A stretch of DNA of 64,000 nt from Candidatus Borrarchaeum weybense (lineage in GTDB: Archaea; Asgardarchaeota; Sifarchaeia; Borrarchaeales; Borrarchaeaceae): positions 741,062 to 805,061 of the forward strand of contig JAHQJS010000004.1 in assembly GCA_019057385.1 (NCBI GenBank), written 5' to 3'. Shown here in pieces: positions 49,392 through 59,814 of the stretch. A model generated the notes under the pieces. The model was not told the DNA's origin. It did no database searches and was given only the letters and a program-made list of their open reading frames with translations. Each line of letters begins with the position of its first letter. Positions within the stretch are counted from its first letter, which is position 1. The translations under genes and the position numbers were made by a program.

Positions 49392-50417
49392 TTAAAATAT
49401 GGAAAGTAACTCTCTTATGAAGTCGTTAGTAGTATTTTTACCGCCAAGATCTGGAGTTCTAATGTTGGTTTCTTCATATATTTTTAAAATAGAGTTTTCT
49501 AGGTCTTTTGCTGCCTGTTTTGCATCACTTATTGAATATTTTTCACCTAGCCAATCTAGCATCATCGAGCAACTTAACAATATTGCAGTAGGATTCGCTA
49601 TACCTTTTCCTTCAATATCGAAAGCCGCACCATGGACTGGTTCAAACATAGCAATATCCTGTCCAAGGTTTGAAGAAGGAAGAATGCCCAAACTTCCAGT
49701 CACCCCTGCGGCTTCATCGCTTAGAATATCTCCAAACATGTTAGTAGTAACTAGGGTATCAAATTGTTGAGGATTGATCACTAGTTGGTATGCTGCGTTG
49801 TCTACATATATTTCGTTTATATCAATCTCACTATAATTCTTAGCAATTTCTAAGCAGACATTTCGAAAGAATACACAGCTTATCATCACATTAGCCTTAT
49901 GAACAATAGTTAGTTTTTTTCGCCTTTCCTTTGCCATTTTACAAGCAACAGTCATGATACGTTCAGTTGCTTCCTTTGTGATCATTCGAACATTAATTGC
50001 GCATTCTTTTGATATATCGTCTATTTTTTTATAGAGCCCCTCAGTATTTTCTCTAACAATTACCAAGTCAACTCCTGAATGAATACTCGGAATGCCAGGG
50101 ATAGTTTTTGCGGGCCTGATGTTTGCGAAGAGGTTGAGTTCTTGTCTAAGGGGCAAAACTACATATCTAGCTGTTTCACCAATCGGCGCTTTTAGGCAAC
50201 ATGAACACTTTTTAATCTCATCTATGGCATTACTGGGCAATGCATGACCAGTTTCCTTTAGAGCCCTGTCTCCTGCAAGTATCTCCTTAAACCGAAAGGA
50301 AAAACTATATTTATCTGATAATATCTCAAGCACTTTGCTTGTAGCAGTAGTTATCTCAGGTCCAATTCCATCCCCTGAAATAACGGCGATTTCAAATGTC
50401 TTTGTCATACTCATCAC
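49392..50417 (-). CDS. Isocitrate/isopropylmalate dehydrogenase family protein (LeuB-like)
   Basis: GDGIGPEI, RENTEGLY, HKANV, NMFGDILSD, FEPVHGAA. Confidence 0.92.
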   Translation of the reverse strand: MMSMTKTFEIAVISGDGIGPEITTATSKVLEILSDKYSFSFRFKEILAGDRALKETGHALPSNAIDEIKKCSCCLKAPIGETARYVVLPLRQELNLFANIRPAKTIPGIPSIHSGVDLVIVRENTEGLYKKIDDISKECAINVRMITKEATERIMTVACKMAKERRKKLTIVHKANVMISCVFFRNVCLEIAKNYSEIDINEIYVDNAAYQLVINPQQFDTLVTTNMFGDILSDEAAGVTGSLGILPSSNLGQDIAMFEPVHGAAFDIEGKGIANPTAILLSCSMMLDWLGEKYSISDAKQAAKDLENSILKIYEETNIRTPDLGGKNTTNDFIRELLSIF

Positions 50418-50510
50418 ATTAAATGATGATAGCTTAAAAGTGGTAATGCAATCTTTATAAATGTATGTCTTTCATCGCTATTTAAATAAGATTAAAATTC
50501 ATAATGGCAT

Positions 50511-51179
50511 TTGACGTCTATAAGCTGTGATCTATTGAACATATATGCGCTTATTCCATTGAAAAAATTGGAGAATTCAAAAACTCGCATAAGCAATTTA
50601 TCTCTTGAATCTCGAAAAATGCTTACCAAAGCTATGCTAACTGATGTAGTTCAATCAACTTTAGAAGCAAAAAATATCACCGAAACTTTTGTGATGTCAC
50701 CAGATCAGGAGATAGTTACGCTTGCAGAGAAATTAGGTGCTAACACAATCCTTGAGGGAAAACAGCAAGGATTAAATATTGCTGTTTCTGAGGGGACACA
50801 CAAGTTAGAACAACAGGGCGCTGAGGGTGTGATTGTTATTCTTGGAGATTTACCTCTAATTACACCACGTCTTCTTGATCTTCTTATTAAAAAGGCAATA
50901 AGTCGTCCATGGGTGGTAATCGCGCCTTCAAAAGACAATGGTACCAATATTTTGCTAAGAACTCCTCCAGAAGTAATTCCACATGTTTATTATGGATCAA
51001 ATAGCAGCGTAATACATACCAGAATTGCTCGCTATTTTCATGTTTCTTATACCATATTTAATTCACCAAAATTGATGATTGATATTGATACTTCTCAAGA
51101 TCTTGCCCTTATCAAAAAATATGAAACCGAAAAACGGACGCATACATTTCAACTACTAAACCAACTTAAGCTTTTATAG
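50511..51179 (+). CDS. cofC: 2-phospho-L-lactate guanylyltransferase
   Basis: IPLK..SKTRI, AMLTDV, GLN, GDLPL, GTN, DIDT..DL. Confidence 0.88.
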   Translation: MTSISCDLLNIYALIPLKKLENSKTRISNLSLESRKMLTKAMLTDVVQSTLEAKNITETFVMSPDQEIVTLAEKLGANTILEGKQQGLNIAVSEGTHKLEQQGAEGVIVILGDLPLITPRLLDLLIKKAISRPWVVIAPSKDNGTNILLRTPPEVIPHVYYGSNSSVIHTRIARYFHVSYTIFNSPKLMIDIDTSQDLALIKKYETEKRTHTFQLLNQLKLL

Positions 51180-51203
51180 AACTTCAATTTTTTAAAAGAT
51201 ACC

Positions 51204-52373
51204 TTGGTGTGTCTAACTATGACTGCAGAAAGAATAAAACATTCTCAAGAATTACTTAAGGAAATGAATTACGATGGATGGGTCATTTTAACAAATCACG
51301 GACAGGATCTACATGCTCTTCTATTGCTTGGGAAAAAAAATCCAGGAAGACTATCTGTCATTGTTACACCTAACGAAAATCCTCATATCATAGTATCGCA
51401 GATGGAAGCGCCAATTTTCGAGGATATGATAGGCATAGAAGTATCTTCGTACAGTGATACAAAGCAATTAGTTGAACAGATAAAAAATGAATTTTCTCAG
51501 TTTTCAGATAATTCTAAGATCATTCTTGACTATGTAGATGATCCATTGGGACGTGATGATACATTTGATCTTATGACTTATGGAGAAGTAACTAAATTAA
51601 AAACCATGTTTCCTGAAATTAATTTTGAACCTGCAGCGCCATTTCTAAAAAAATTACGCACAAAAAAAACTGAAGCTGAAATAAAGGCTCACGAAATCGC
51701 ATGCAAATATACAATGGAGATTTTAGAAGATGTTCCAAATTTTGTGAGTGTTGGTATGTCAGAACGAGATATACTTTCCGAAATAGATTGCCGATCAAAA
51801 AAAGTTGGAGAATCTGCATTTGACACGATTGTAGGCATAGGTCCAGATGCAGCGAGTCCTCACCACGTTCCATCTTCCTTTGAAAAACTAGGAAATGATG
51901 AATTACTTTTAATTGACATGGGTATTTTTATAACAGATCCTTCACCAGCTTCCTCAGACCAAACGTGGACCTTCTATACAGGTAGACCTACTGAACAAGC
52001 ACTTAGAATGTATGAGGCTGTCTATGAGGCAAAAGAACGCGCAATAAAAGCAGCAAAACCAGGAATTCCCGCATATACTCTTGATGAAATAACCCGGGCT
52101 ACTATTGAGGAATTCGGCTTTGATGAAAAAAAACTGTTTATTCATGCAACAGGGCATCCTCTCGGCATAGAAGTGCATGATGTTGGGCCAATTATTTCCA
52201 AAAAGTCACCACATTCTGAACAGCTACTAGAACCTAATATGGTACTCACTGTTGAGCCAGGACTTTATATTAAGGATCTTGGTGGAGTTCGATTGGAAGA
52301 TGACATTGTAATAACAAAAACAGGGTGTAAACGGCTCTCATACACTCCTCCTGAACTCATTCAGATTAGATAA
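51204..52373 (+). CDS. M24 Xaa-Pro aminopeptidase
   Basis: PHH, IDMG, SDQTWT, HATGHPLGIEVHD, TVEPGLY, GVRLEDD. Confidence 0.9.
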   Translation: MVCLTMTAERIKHSQELLKEMNYDGWVILTNHGQDLHALLLLGKKNPGRLSVIVTPNENPHIIVSQMEAPIFEDMIGIEVSSYSDTKQLVEQIKNEFSQFSDNSKIILDYVDDPLGRDDTFDLMTYGEVTKLKTMFPEINFEPAAPFLKKLRTKKTEAEIKAHEIACKYTMEILEDVPNFVSVGMSERDILSEIDCRSKKVGESAFDTIVGIGPDAASPHHVPSSFEKLGNDELLLIDMGIFITDPSPASSDQTWTFYTGRPTEQALRMYEAVYEAKERAIKAAKPGIPAYTLDEITRATIEEFGFDEKKLFIHATGHPLGIEVHDVGPIISKKSPHSEQLLEPNMVLTVEPGLYIKDLGGVRLEDDIVITKTGCKRLSYTPPELIQIR

Positions 52374-52403
52374 TCCTCTCTTTTGAAGAGGAAAAAACTC
52401 CAA

Positions 52404-52544
52404 TTATTTATGCTCTTTGGCGCATGTTTTGCAAGCCCATCGTTTTATGACATTTCTTCGTCGAGTTGTAATTTCCACTAACTTAGCAACCGAAGATGAG
52501 TCAGAAATGACTGCACCACAATATACGCATTTCCTACGAGCCAT
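52404..52544 (-). CDS. 46-aa Zn-finger microprotein (not in the ORF track)
   Basis: MARRKCVYCGAVISDSSSVAKLVEITTRRRNVIKRWACKTCAKEHK; AGGTGA SD; directly downstream of rfcL. Confidence 0.7.
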   Translation of the reverse strand: MARRKCVYCGAVISDSSSVAKLVEITTRRRNVIKRWACKTCAKEHK

Positions 52545-52570
52545 TTTTGTGTCACCTTTGTTAATAAAAC

Positions 52571-54079
52571 TCAAAACCATTTGTCTAACTGTGTGTGTTT
52601 AGGTTTTTCCTCGTCCGCTATTGAAGGTTCTTCAAGTTTTTTTCTTACCTTTTTTACAACTTTTTTAGTTTCTTTTTTGGATTCTTTTTCAATCTTTTCT
52701 TTTGATTCTTTGGTAACTTTCTTTTTCTCTATCTTTTTTGTTGTTTCTGTTTTCTTCTCTTTCTTCACTTGTTTTGCAGGTTTTGGAGGAGGTTTAAGTT
52801 TTTCCATTTCTTTTTTGATTTCCTTAATGTTCTTTTTTTCTGTAAGCAAAGCAAGATCGTCATCTGAAAAATTGAACCATTTAGTAAGCTTAGCCGACAT
52901 CTCTAGATCATTAAACATCCACTTTATAAAGGGTATATAATCTTTTGTTGCTCTTCTTTTGGAAGTATGGCATTTTTTTCCGATAGTTGCAGCAAGTTCT
53001 CCGGTTGCTCCCCGAACTTCTTTTGTACGGCTCATTTGCGATACCCAAGTAGGAAATCCATATCTTTGATAGGTATATCTCTGTCCCTTTAGTGGATTTG
53101 CTACGCCCTCTATCATATTGCTATATACATATTTCAACAAAGTCCATTGCTGTCGTTTGCGTATTCTAGCCCTAAAAAGATCAGCCCTTGAAATTGCATC
53201 ATACACCTGTGCAAGTGTTTCAGGCTCTATGGCGTGTTTTGCTGCATTTTCATTAATCCAAAGCAGAAGCATGTCAGGTCTTATATCTAGATCTCTTACT
53301 GACATACGTGCATCCTTTACAGTTTTCGCAGAAAATAGACCTTTCAACGCATTAAAAATGTCAGTTTCGTGATCTCTCGATGTCAATGTAGACAAATCAT
53401 TCTCTGTAAGTTGGTTTTTGTCCATAGCTATTGCCTGCAAATCATTAATTGCAGATCGCAGATCACCACCAGAGTTTTCTGCTATCTTTAGTAAAATACT
53501 ATCGTCAACAACAATATCTTCGTTCTTGCAGATCTTCTTAAGTACATTTTTTATACTGGCTGCACGTAGACGTTGAAATTTAATTATTGTACAATATCTT
53601 CTAAAAGATGATAATCTTTGGTTGTATGGATCATTAGCCGTTGCAATAATTGGAACTCTTGCTTCTTTAAATATCTTTATTAGAGCTGCTATTCCTCCGC
53701 GATCTTCTCGACCAGAGACACCATCTACTTCATCGATCAAAATTAGTTTCTTAGGACGGTTTCCGGAGTAAAGTGAACCTTCTGTTGCTGCTAATCCTAC
53801 AATATCTTGAATTTGAGATTGCCCTCTTTTATCACTTGCATTCACTTCAATTACATCAAGCCCGTAGGTATTTGCTAAAGCATAAACTGCTGAAGTCTTT
53901 CCTGAACCAGGAGGTCCAACAAGAAGTGGGAACTTGATTGCTGATTTCTTTTTCTGTTCTTCAACTCTTTGCTTTTCTGTCCATTCCTCATACCACTTCA
54001 ATAAATCAGTTGCTGCCTTCTTATTGCCTGCGATTTGGTCTAGTGTAACTGGTCTGTACTTTTCTGTCCATAATACCAT
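52571..54079 (-). CDS. rfcL: Replication factor C large subunit
   Basis: WTEKYRP, GPPGSGKT, EVNASD, IDEVDG, GDLRSAINDLQ; Lys-rich tail ending in PIP-like QLDKWF. Confidence 0.95.
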   Translation of the reverse strand: MVLWTEKYRPVTLDQIAGNKKAATDLLKWYEEWTEKQRVEEQKKKSAIKFPLLVGPPGSGKTSAVYALANTYGLDVIEVNASDKRGQSQIQDIVGLAATEGSLYSGNRPKKLILIDEVDGVSGREDRGGIAALIKIFKEARVPIIATANDPYNQRLSSFRRYCTIIKFQRLRAASIKNVLKKICKNEDIVVDDSILLKIAENSGGDLRSAINDLQAIAMDKNQLTENDLSTLTSRDHETDIFNALKGLFSAKTVKDARMSVRDLDIRPDMLLLWINENAAKHAIEPETLAQVYDAISRADLFRARIRKRQQWTLLKYVYSNMIEGVANPLKGQRYTYQRYGFPTWVSQMSRTKEVRGATGELAATIGKKCHTSKRRATKDYIPFIKWMFNDLEMSAKLTKWFNFSDDDLALLTEKKNIKEIKKEMEKLKPPPKPAKQVKKEKKTETTKKIEKKKVTKESKEKIEKESKKETKKVVKKVRKKLEEPSIADEEKPKHTQLDKWF

Positions 54080-54405
54080 CAGAATCCTTCACCTAGGCGT
54101 TTCGAAAATCATAGACTCGTAGTTTATATTTGCGCCTTTTGCTTAAAAAGTACATGCTTTAAGAAAAGTCGCAAGAACATCAGTTTCACACTTTTTGTCT
54201 TTGACCATAATTGACAACAATATTTGTTTCGTTATTCGCGGATTTAAAAGAAATATTGAAATAACTTGCTAATTTTAAGTTAGTTAACTAAAAGCCAGTT
54301 TTTAAATGAAAAATAATTTAAATTGCGATTCAATGAAATAACTTAGACTTTTTATAGTACTAGGAAATGCTACTTTCAATTCAAGTTGATATCGGTGAAA
54401 AATAA

Positions 54406-57336
54406 TTGAGCAGAAAAGCACCTTCAGTCGAAGCTTCAGTCGAAGATGAGCTATTCGAAGGAAAATTTGCCTATAGTTTCTCTCCCGATGAATTAATTGA
54501 TATATTCAACACTGATAGAGAAAAAGGTCTTCCTTCAGAAGAGGCAGTTAATCGTTTAGAGAAATATGGTGAAAATGAACTTCCAAAGGTTAAGACATCA
54601 TTTTGGAAAATCTATATTGCTCCTATTTCCAATTGGCTCATTAATATTTATTTGATTGCCGCTCTTGCTATTTTTCTAATAGCCTTATCTCTTGGGCCAC
54701 AAGATGTCGGGGCAGTTCTCCCACTTGTTGTTCCCTGGTTTGTAGTAATAGGTGCTAACGTTGTTGTAGCAGTCGTTCAGCAATTTAGAGGACAGAAAAA
54801 ACTTGAAGCGTTGCAACAACTGATGGCTGACGACATTCCTGCACTGCGAGATGGCAAACAAATCACTGTTATGACTCGCGATTTAGTACCAGGCGACGTG
54901 ATTTTGTTACGGCAAGGTGAGAGGGTGCCCGCTGATTGTTTAATAATTGATTCTGCAGATCTTGCTCTGGATGAATCTAGTCTTACAGGAGAAAGTGTAC
55001 CTGTTGAAAAAAATGTGGCTCCAGAGGGATTAGATGGCGAATTATCAATACAAGAAACAACAAATATGGTTTTTCTGGGTTCATATGTTGCACAAGGTAC
55101 CGCCAAAGTCATTGTCATTTTCACAGGTATTAGGACGGTTATCGGAGAATTGAGCCGAGAATTAGAGGAAATAACTACAGGGGAAATTCCCATCAGGAAA
55201 AAGGTGAATGTTTTAGCAAAATATTTGGGTACAGCAGTTGGAATCCTTCTAGCAATTTCTGTATCTTTTAGAATTTTGAGCTTATTCGTTTTTCCTCCAC
55301 CGGGAGTTCAGGCAAAAGGGGGGATGATCGAATGGGTGGATTTAGCACCAGTTTTGATAAACGGCCTAACTGTTGCCTTAGCCATAATGCCAATCAATAT
55401 TGTGTTACTTGTTACGATTGTCTTAATAACAGGTGTCCTTGCAATGGCTAAAGAAAAGGTAATCATTAGAGATCTCAGTGCAGTAGAAACTTTAGGTAGG
55501 GTTAGCGTGGTTTGTTCTGACAAAACGGGGACAATGACTGAGAATAAAATGACTGTTAAGCGCATTTGGGATGGTGATGGAAATCTATATGGCATCACAG
55601 GATCTGGATTGAATATAGAAGGGGTCATTTTTAAGATTGAAGATAGAGCTACTGTGGATTTACCTCGCGATGCATCTCTGCAAAAACCTGTTGGTTCTTT
55701 CCCAAAATCTCTAGAGTTTCTGTTGATAAACAGCCTGTTAAATAATGACGCTAAAATAAGCGATGGGAAATTAATTGGTACGCCAACTGAAGGTGCGATT
55801 AAGATTCTTTTTCATAAGTCAAAATTACAGGAAAGCGAGATATTGAAGAATTATAATATGATTGCCGAATTTCCGTTTGACTCGAACGTGAAAAGAATGT
55901 CAAAAATGTTTAATGGAACGCACACTGATATTGTATTTTGTAAAGGTGCTAGTGAAGTAATTCTACCTCGTTGCTCACAGATTTCACGTGAAAATAATGA
56001 GGAAAAATTTACAGAACAAGAAAAAGAAAAGATTCTTGCACATATTAACGAATTTGCACAAATAGGGTTCAGAGTACTCTCATTAGCACATAAGAGCATA
56101 AAAGAACTTCCTAACGATATGAAAGAATCGCGTCACGAAATTGAAAGCAACATGACCTTTGATGGATTTGTTTGTATTGTTGATCCCCCTCGTCCTGGCG
56201 TATATGAAGCTATAAAGGAAACCCAGTCGGCTGGAATACAAGTCACAATGATTACAGGCGACAGCCCAGTTACAGCATCCTCAATTGCACGTGAATTGAA
56301 TATCATCGAAGAAGGTTCAGATCAGATGAGTGTGGAAGGTTATCAGGTTAAATCACTTACTGATGAAGGCTTCTTTAAGACAAGAGTATTTGCCCGAGTA
56401 AGCCCAGAAGATAAACAAGTCATCGTTGCAAGATATCAAAAGCGTGATAAAGTCGTCGCAATGACTGGTGATGGTGTGAATGATGCATTAGCTCTTAGCT
56501 TGTCAGATGCTGGAATTGCAATGGGCATCGCAGGGACTGATGTGGCAAAGCAGGCATCAGATATTATTATTACGGATGATTCTTTTACATCAATTAGAAC
56601 AGGGATAAGAGAGGGAAGAAATCTCTTTCAAAAAATCAGAATGATGTGTTATTTCTATGTTTGCATAAACTTAATGGAAGCAGCTATCTTATTTGGAATG
56701 TCATTCATACCGAATTTCTTTGGCTTTTTGACGTTCCAACTTCAATGGTTGTATGTGTCGGCTCACACATTCCCAGGTTTTGCACTAGTATTTGATAAAA
56801 GTACAAGCAATATAATGCAAGAAAAACCGCGTGATACTCAAGAAATCATAGATCGTAAACTTTTTAAGATAATGGTTTTCCATGCAGCTTTGATGGCTAT
56901 CGGAGTCGCGTTTATTTATATTATAACGTTTACGGGAATCTATCCTGTATTTCCGGGTAACAATGTAGGATTGGTATCAACTGAATGGCCTTTGGCCCAA
57001 CAGAAGGCTAGAACAATGGCAATTGTTACAATTGTGTTTGTGGAATCTTTTATGGTACTCGCTATTCGCCGAATTAATATGTCCATCATTCAATCCAACA
57101 AAGGAGAAGATTTCTCACTTAGAACCTATATTTTCATAGGAATGGTTATTTTCGGGACAGTTGGTCTTATTTATACCCCTATAGTCCAATTAGCAGTGAT
57201 ACATATTGGGATTGTCTTTGAATTCATGTGGCTAACTTGGCTTGATTGGGTACTAATCATTATAGCATGCCTTCCTTCAGTTGTTGGAATTGAATTATAT
57301 AAATGGACTAAAAGAAGTAAAGGCATTACATTTTGA
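54406..57336 (+). CDS. P-type ATPase, P2-like scaffold with atypical membrane binding site
   Basis: TGES, DKTGT, KGA, DPPR, TGD, GDGVND; TM4 reads MPINI. Confidence 0.93.
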   Translation: MSRKAPSVEASVEDELFEGKFAYSFSPDELIDIFNTDREKGLPSEEAVNRLEKYGENELPKVKTSFWKIYIAPISNWLINIYLIAALAIFLIALSLGPQDVGAVLPLVVPWFVVIGANVVVAVVQQFRGQKKLEALQQLMADDIPALRDGKQITVMTRDLVPGDVILLRQGERVPADCLIIDSADLALDESSLTGESVPVEKNVAPEGLDGELSIQETTNMVFLGSYVAQGTAKVIVIFTGIRTVIGELSRELEEITTGEIPIRKKVNVLAKYLGTAVGILLAISVSFRILSLFVFPPPGVQAKGGMIEWVDLAPVLINGLTVALAIMPINIVLLVTIVLITGVLAMAKEKVIIRDLSAVETLGRVSVVCSDKTGTMTENKMTVKRIWDGDGNLYGITGSGLNIEGVIFKIEDRATVDLPRDASLQKPVGSFPKSLEFLLINSLLNNDAKISDGKLIGTPTEGAIKILFHKSKLQESEILKNYNMIAEFPFDSNVKRMSKMFNGTHTDIVFCKGASEVILPRCSQISRENNEEKFTEQEKEKILAHINEFAQIGFRVLSLAHKSIKELPNDMKESRHEIESNMTFDGFVCIVDPPRPGVYEAIKETQSAGIQVTMITGDSPVTASSIARELNIIEEGSDQMSVEGYQVKSLTDEGFFKTRVFARVSPEDKQVIVARYQKRDKVVAMTGDGVNDALALSLSDAGIAMGIAGTDVAKQASDIIITDDSFTSIRTGIREGRNLFQKIRMMCYFYVCINLMEAAILFGMSFIPNFFGFLTFQLQWLYVSAHTFPGFALVFDKSTSNIMQEKPRDTQEIIDRKLFKIMVFHAALMAIGVAFIYIITFTGIYPVFPGNNVGLVSTEWPLAQQKARTMAIVTIVFVESFMVLAIRRINMSIIQSNKGEDFSLRTYIFIGMVIFGTVGLIYTPIVQLAVIHIGIVFEFMWLTWLDWVLIIIACLPSVVGIELYKWTKRSKGITF

Positions 57337-57565
57337 ATATCTAATAGACTCCTTGAAGTAGATTTTATGATTCTATGAAAATGTTAGAAATTCTTTATTA
57401 GCCTAATTTCTTCTACAGTTTTCCTCTCATTATTTTTCTGATCTATAATTTGCCGAAATCCAGTCCTCTTCTTAAATGCCTGAGATAGAAGTTAAAGCAA
57501 TTCCATTGTACGAAAACATCTTAAACAACATTTAATATTTAGGCATAATAATATCGTCTTATCGA

Positions 57566-59158
57566 GTGGCTTCTATGAATGCAAAGGGCAGGAATTTTGC
57601 ATTAATTGTACTCTTAACCTTTATGGGTGGCCTACTACGTTTTTTAGTTTATTCAGATTTATGGTTTATCTTTGGAGATGACTGCAGATATGCTGGGCTT
57701 TCAAAAAATCTTATTGAACAGAGAGTATATTCATTGTATGCGCATGATCCCTTTATACTCCACCCACCCGTTCACCCAATTCTTGGAGCACTTATTCATA
57801 CTGCTACTGGACTTGATTTTATCTATTCAGATCGCTTACTCTCATTTGTATTTGGAACTATGTCAATCCCTATCGTGTTTTTATTGAGTATGTTGTTTTT
57901 GAATTATCGCGAAAGCATTCTTACAACATTTCTATTTACTATCTCAGGATTTCACATCTATTTAGCACAACTCTCTCTAACAGACAACACATTCATGTTC
58001 ATGGGTTTTCTTAGTCTATATTGCTATTGCAAAGGGATATCCAATAGAAATTATCCAAAATTAATCATGGCAGGTCTTCTAGGTGGTTTTTGCGCCCTTA
58101 CAAGAGATTTGGGCATCATATTGATACTTCTCTTTTTCATATATTGGATTTTGACCACAGAACTTGTAAATACTTGGAGAATGCCGGTATTGGCAAGTTT
58201 GACACAAGGAGCAGTCTATTCCGTTTGGCCAGTATATCGTTACTTAAACTATATTTCACATCGTTATATTTGCGCCTGGGAAGGCTTTCCTGTTTATACC
58301 GGAAATTTCAATATTATAACGCTTGTTTCTCCTTTTAGTTTCCCAGAAATTTCAGCAGCCTTCGTTGGTTTATTTGCTCCTTATACCTATTACATTATTA
58401 CCCTCCCTCATCTTACTAGCCTTTTTCTGCCATGGCCACTTAACAGTTCTATTGTTCTTTATGGTCCTTTTGGTGGAAATGAACATCTTGTCCCATTATA
58501 TTTCTTCCTTTTGATTCCGGGAGTAGTAGGAGCTCTAAAATCACGCCAATATTTTATTCTATCATGGATTCTGATATTTTTTGTTCCCCTATCGTTTCTA
58601 ACAAATGTTGACGTAAGATTCGTCGATTTCACTCTACCTGCTTTTAGCATGCTATATGTGTATGGGTTAGTCACATGTAAAAATATCTTAAAGTGGGTTC
58701 TAGAAAAGTTTAAACCTGGAGCAAATAGGCAGATTATAGAACTCTTACGCCATCAAGATGTACTCTCTTATTTGATTACTTTTTTAACGGTTAGTTTTAT
58801 CATATTTGGACTCCTTCAAGCGAGAGGAACTATTCTTACTCAGCGATACGAAATTCAAGGTGCCGATCTTGCAGCTGAGGTTGAGGAATTGAATGGGGTG
58901 ACAATGGTGCGACTTGGCTACTCACAAGAAGTAGCGTATCTTACTTCAAAGGAGATCATAGGAATGCCACACACACCTACGAGGTTGGATGATATTATAA
59001 ATCATTATAACGTGAATTATATTGCTTGGGGGCAGCATTCACCTTGGTGTGAGCAAACAATAACATATATTCAAGAACATCCCGAGAAATACGCTTTATA
59101 TCTATATATCTCATCTCCAGAGAATAACGACGTCTATCTAATTTATGAAGTTCTCTAG
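57566..59158 (+). CDS. GT-C fold glycosyltransferase (ArnT/PMT-like)
   Basis: GDDCRY, HPPVHP, many TMs, C-terminal soluble domain. Confidence 0.8.
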   Translation: MASMNAKGRNFALIVLLTFMGGLLRFLVYSDLWFIFGDDCRYAGLSKNLIEQRVYSLYAHDPFILHPPVHPILGALIHTATGLDFIYSDRLLSFVFGTMSIPIVFLLSMLFLNYRESILTTFLFTISGFHIYLAQLSLTDNTFMFMGFLSLYCYCKGISNRNYPKLIMAGLLGGFCALTRDLGIILILLFFIYWILTTELVNTWRMPVLASLTQGAVYSVWPVYRYLNYISHRYICAWEGFPVYTGNFNIITLVSPFSFPEISAAFVGLFAPYTYYIITLPHLTSLFLPWPLNSSIVLYGPFGGNEHLVPLYFFLLIPGVVGALKSRQYFILSWILIFFVPLSFLTNVDVRFVDFTLPAFSMLYVYGLVTCKNILKWVLEKFKPGANRQIIELLRHQDVLSYLITFLTVSFIIFGLLQARGTILTQRYEIQGADLAAEVEELNGVTMVRLGYSQEVAYLTSKEIIGMPHTPTRLDDIINHYNVNYIAWGQHSPWCEQTITYIQEHPEKYALYLYISSPENNDVYLIYEVL

Positions 59159-59316
59159 CTGATTGATTATGCTTAGAAAGCTTTTTCCACTTTTATAGAA
59201 GTCTCTGTCTCTTTGTATTTGTGAAGTTTAATAGTAAGAATTGTATCAAATAAGAAATAATTTTATATTAGGCGTAAAAGTAAATTCTGACAAGTTAAAA
59301 AGGGGGTTAATAATAG

Positions 59317-59796
59317 ATGGAACAATCTAAATTATATTCAAACGAAGATTTAGTCGCTTATTGCGGCATTAATTGTAAAGAATGTAAGGCAAAGGCTAAA
59401 AGGCGAGGAAACCTTGCTAATTTGTTGAAAGAAGCTCTTAAAGAGTTACCTTTAGAATTATTCCGTGAAGTCTTTCCACCATTTAAGCCTATCAATGAAG
59501 TAATGGAATTTCTTGAATTTTTACCGATGATGTCAAACATGCAAACATGTTGCACTTCAACAGAACATCCATGTGGAGATCCAGACTGTAAAATTCGCGT
59601 TTGTATACAAGAAAAGAACATAAGAACCTGTGCAGAATGTGAGGAAGATTATAAAACATGTGTAAAACTTGATTTTCTAAAACCAGGTCATAAAACATTG
59701 ATAGAAGATCTTGATTTTATTAAAGAAAAAGGATTTGACGCGTACGTTGAAGACGTGATTAAAAAATACAAGATGGATCCTGTAACTGTTGAGTAA
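59317..59796 (+). CDS. Cys-rich DUF3795-like protein
   Basis: AYCGINCKEC and CKIRVCIQEKNIRTCAEC..C. Confidence 0.8.
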   Translation: MEQSKLYSNEDLVAYCGINCKECKAKAKRRGNLANLLKEALKELPLELFREVFPPFKPINEVMEFLEFLPMMSNMQTCCTSTEHPCGDPDCKIRVCIQEKNIRTCAECEEDYKTCVKLDFLKPGHKTLIEDLDFIKEKGFDAYVEDVIKKYKMDPVTVE

Positions 59797-59814
59797 ATCC
59801 TCATTTCCCCTCCT

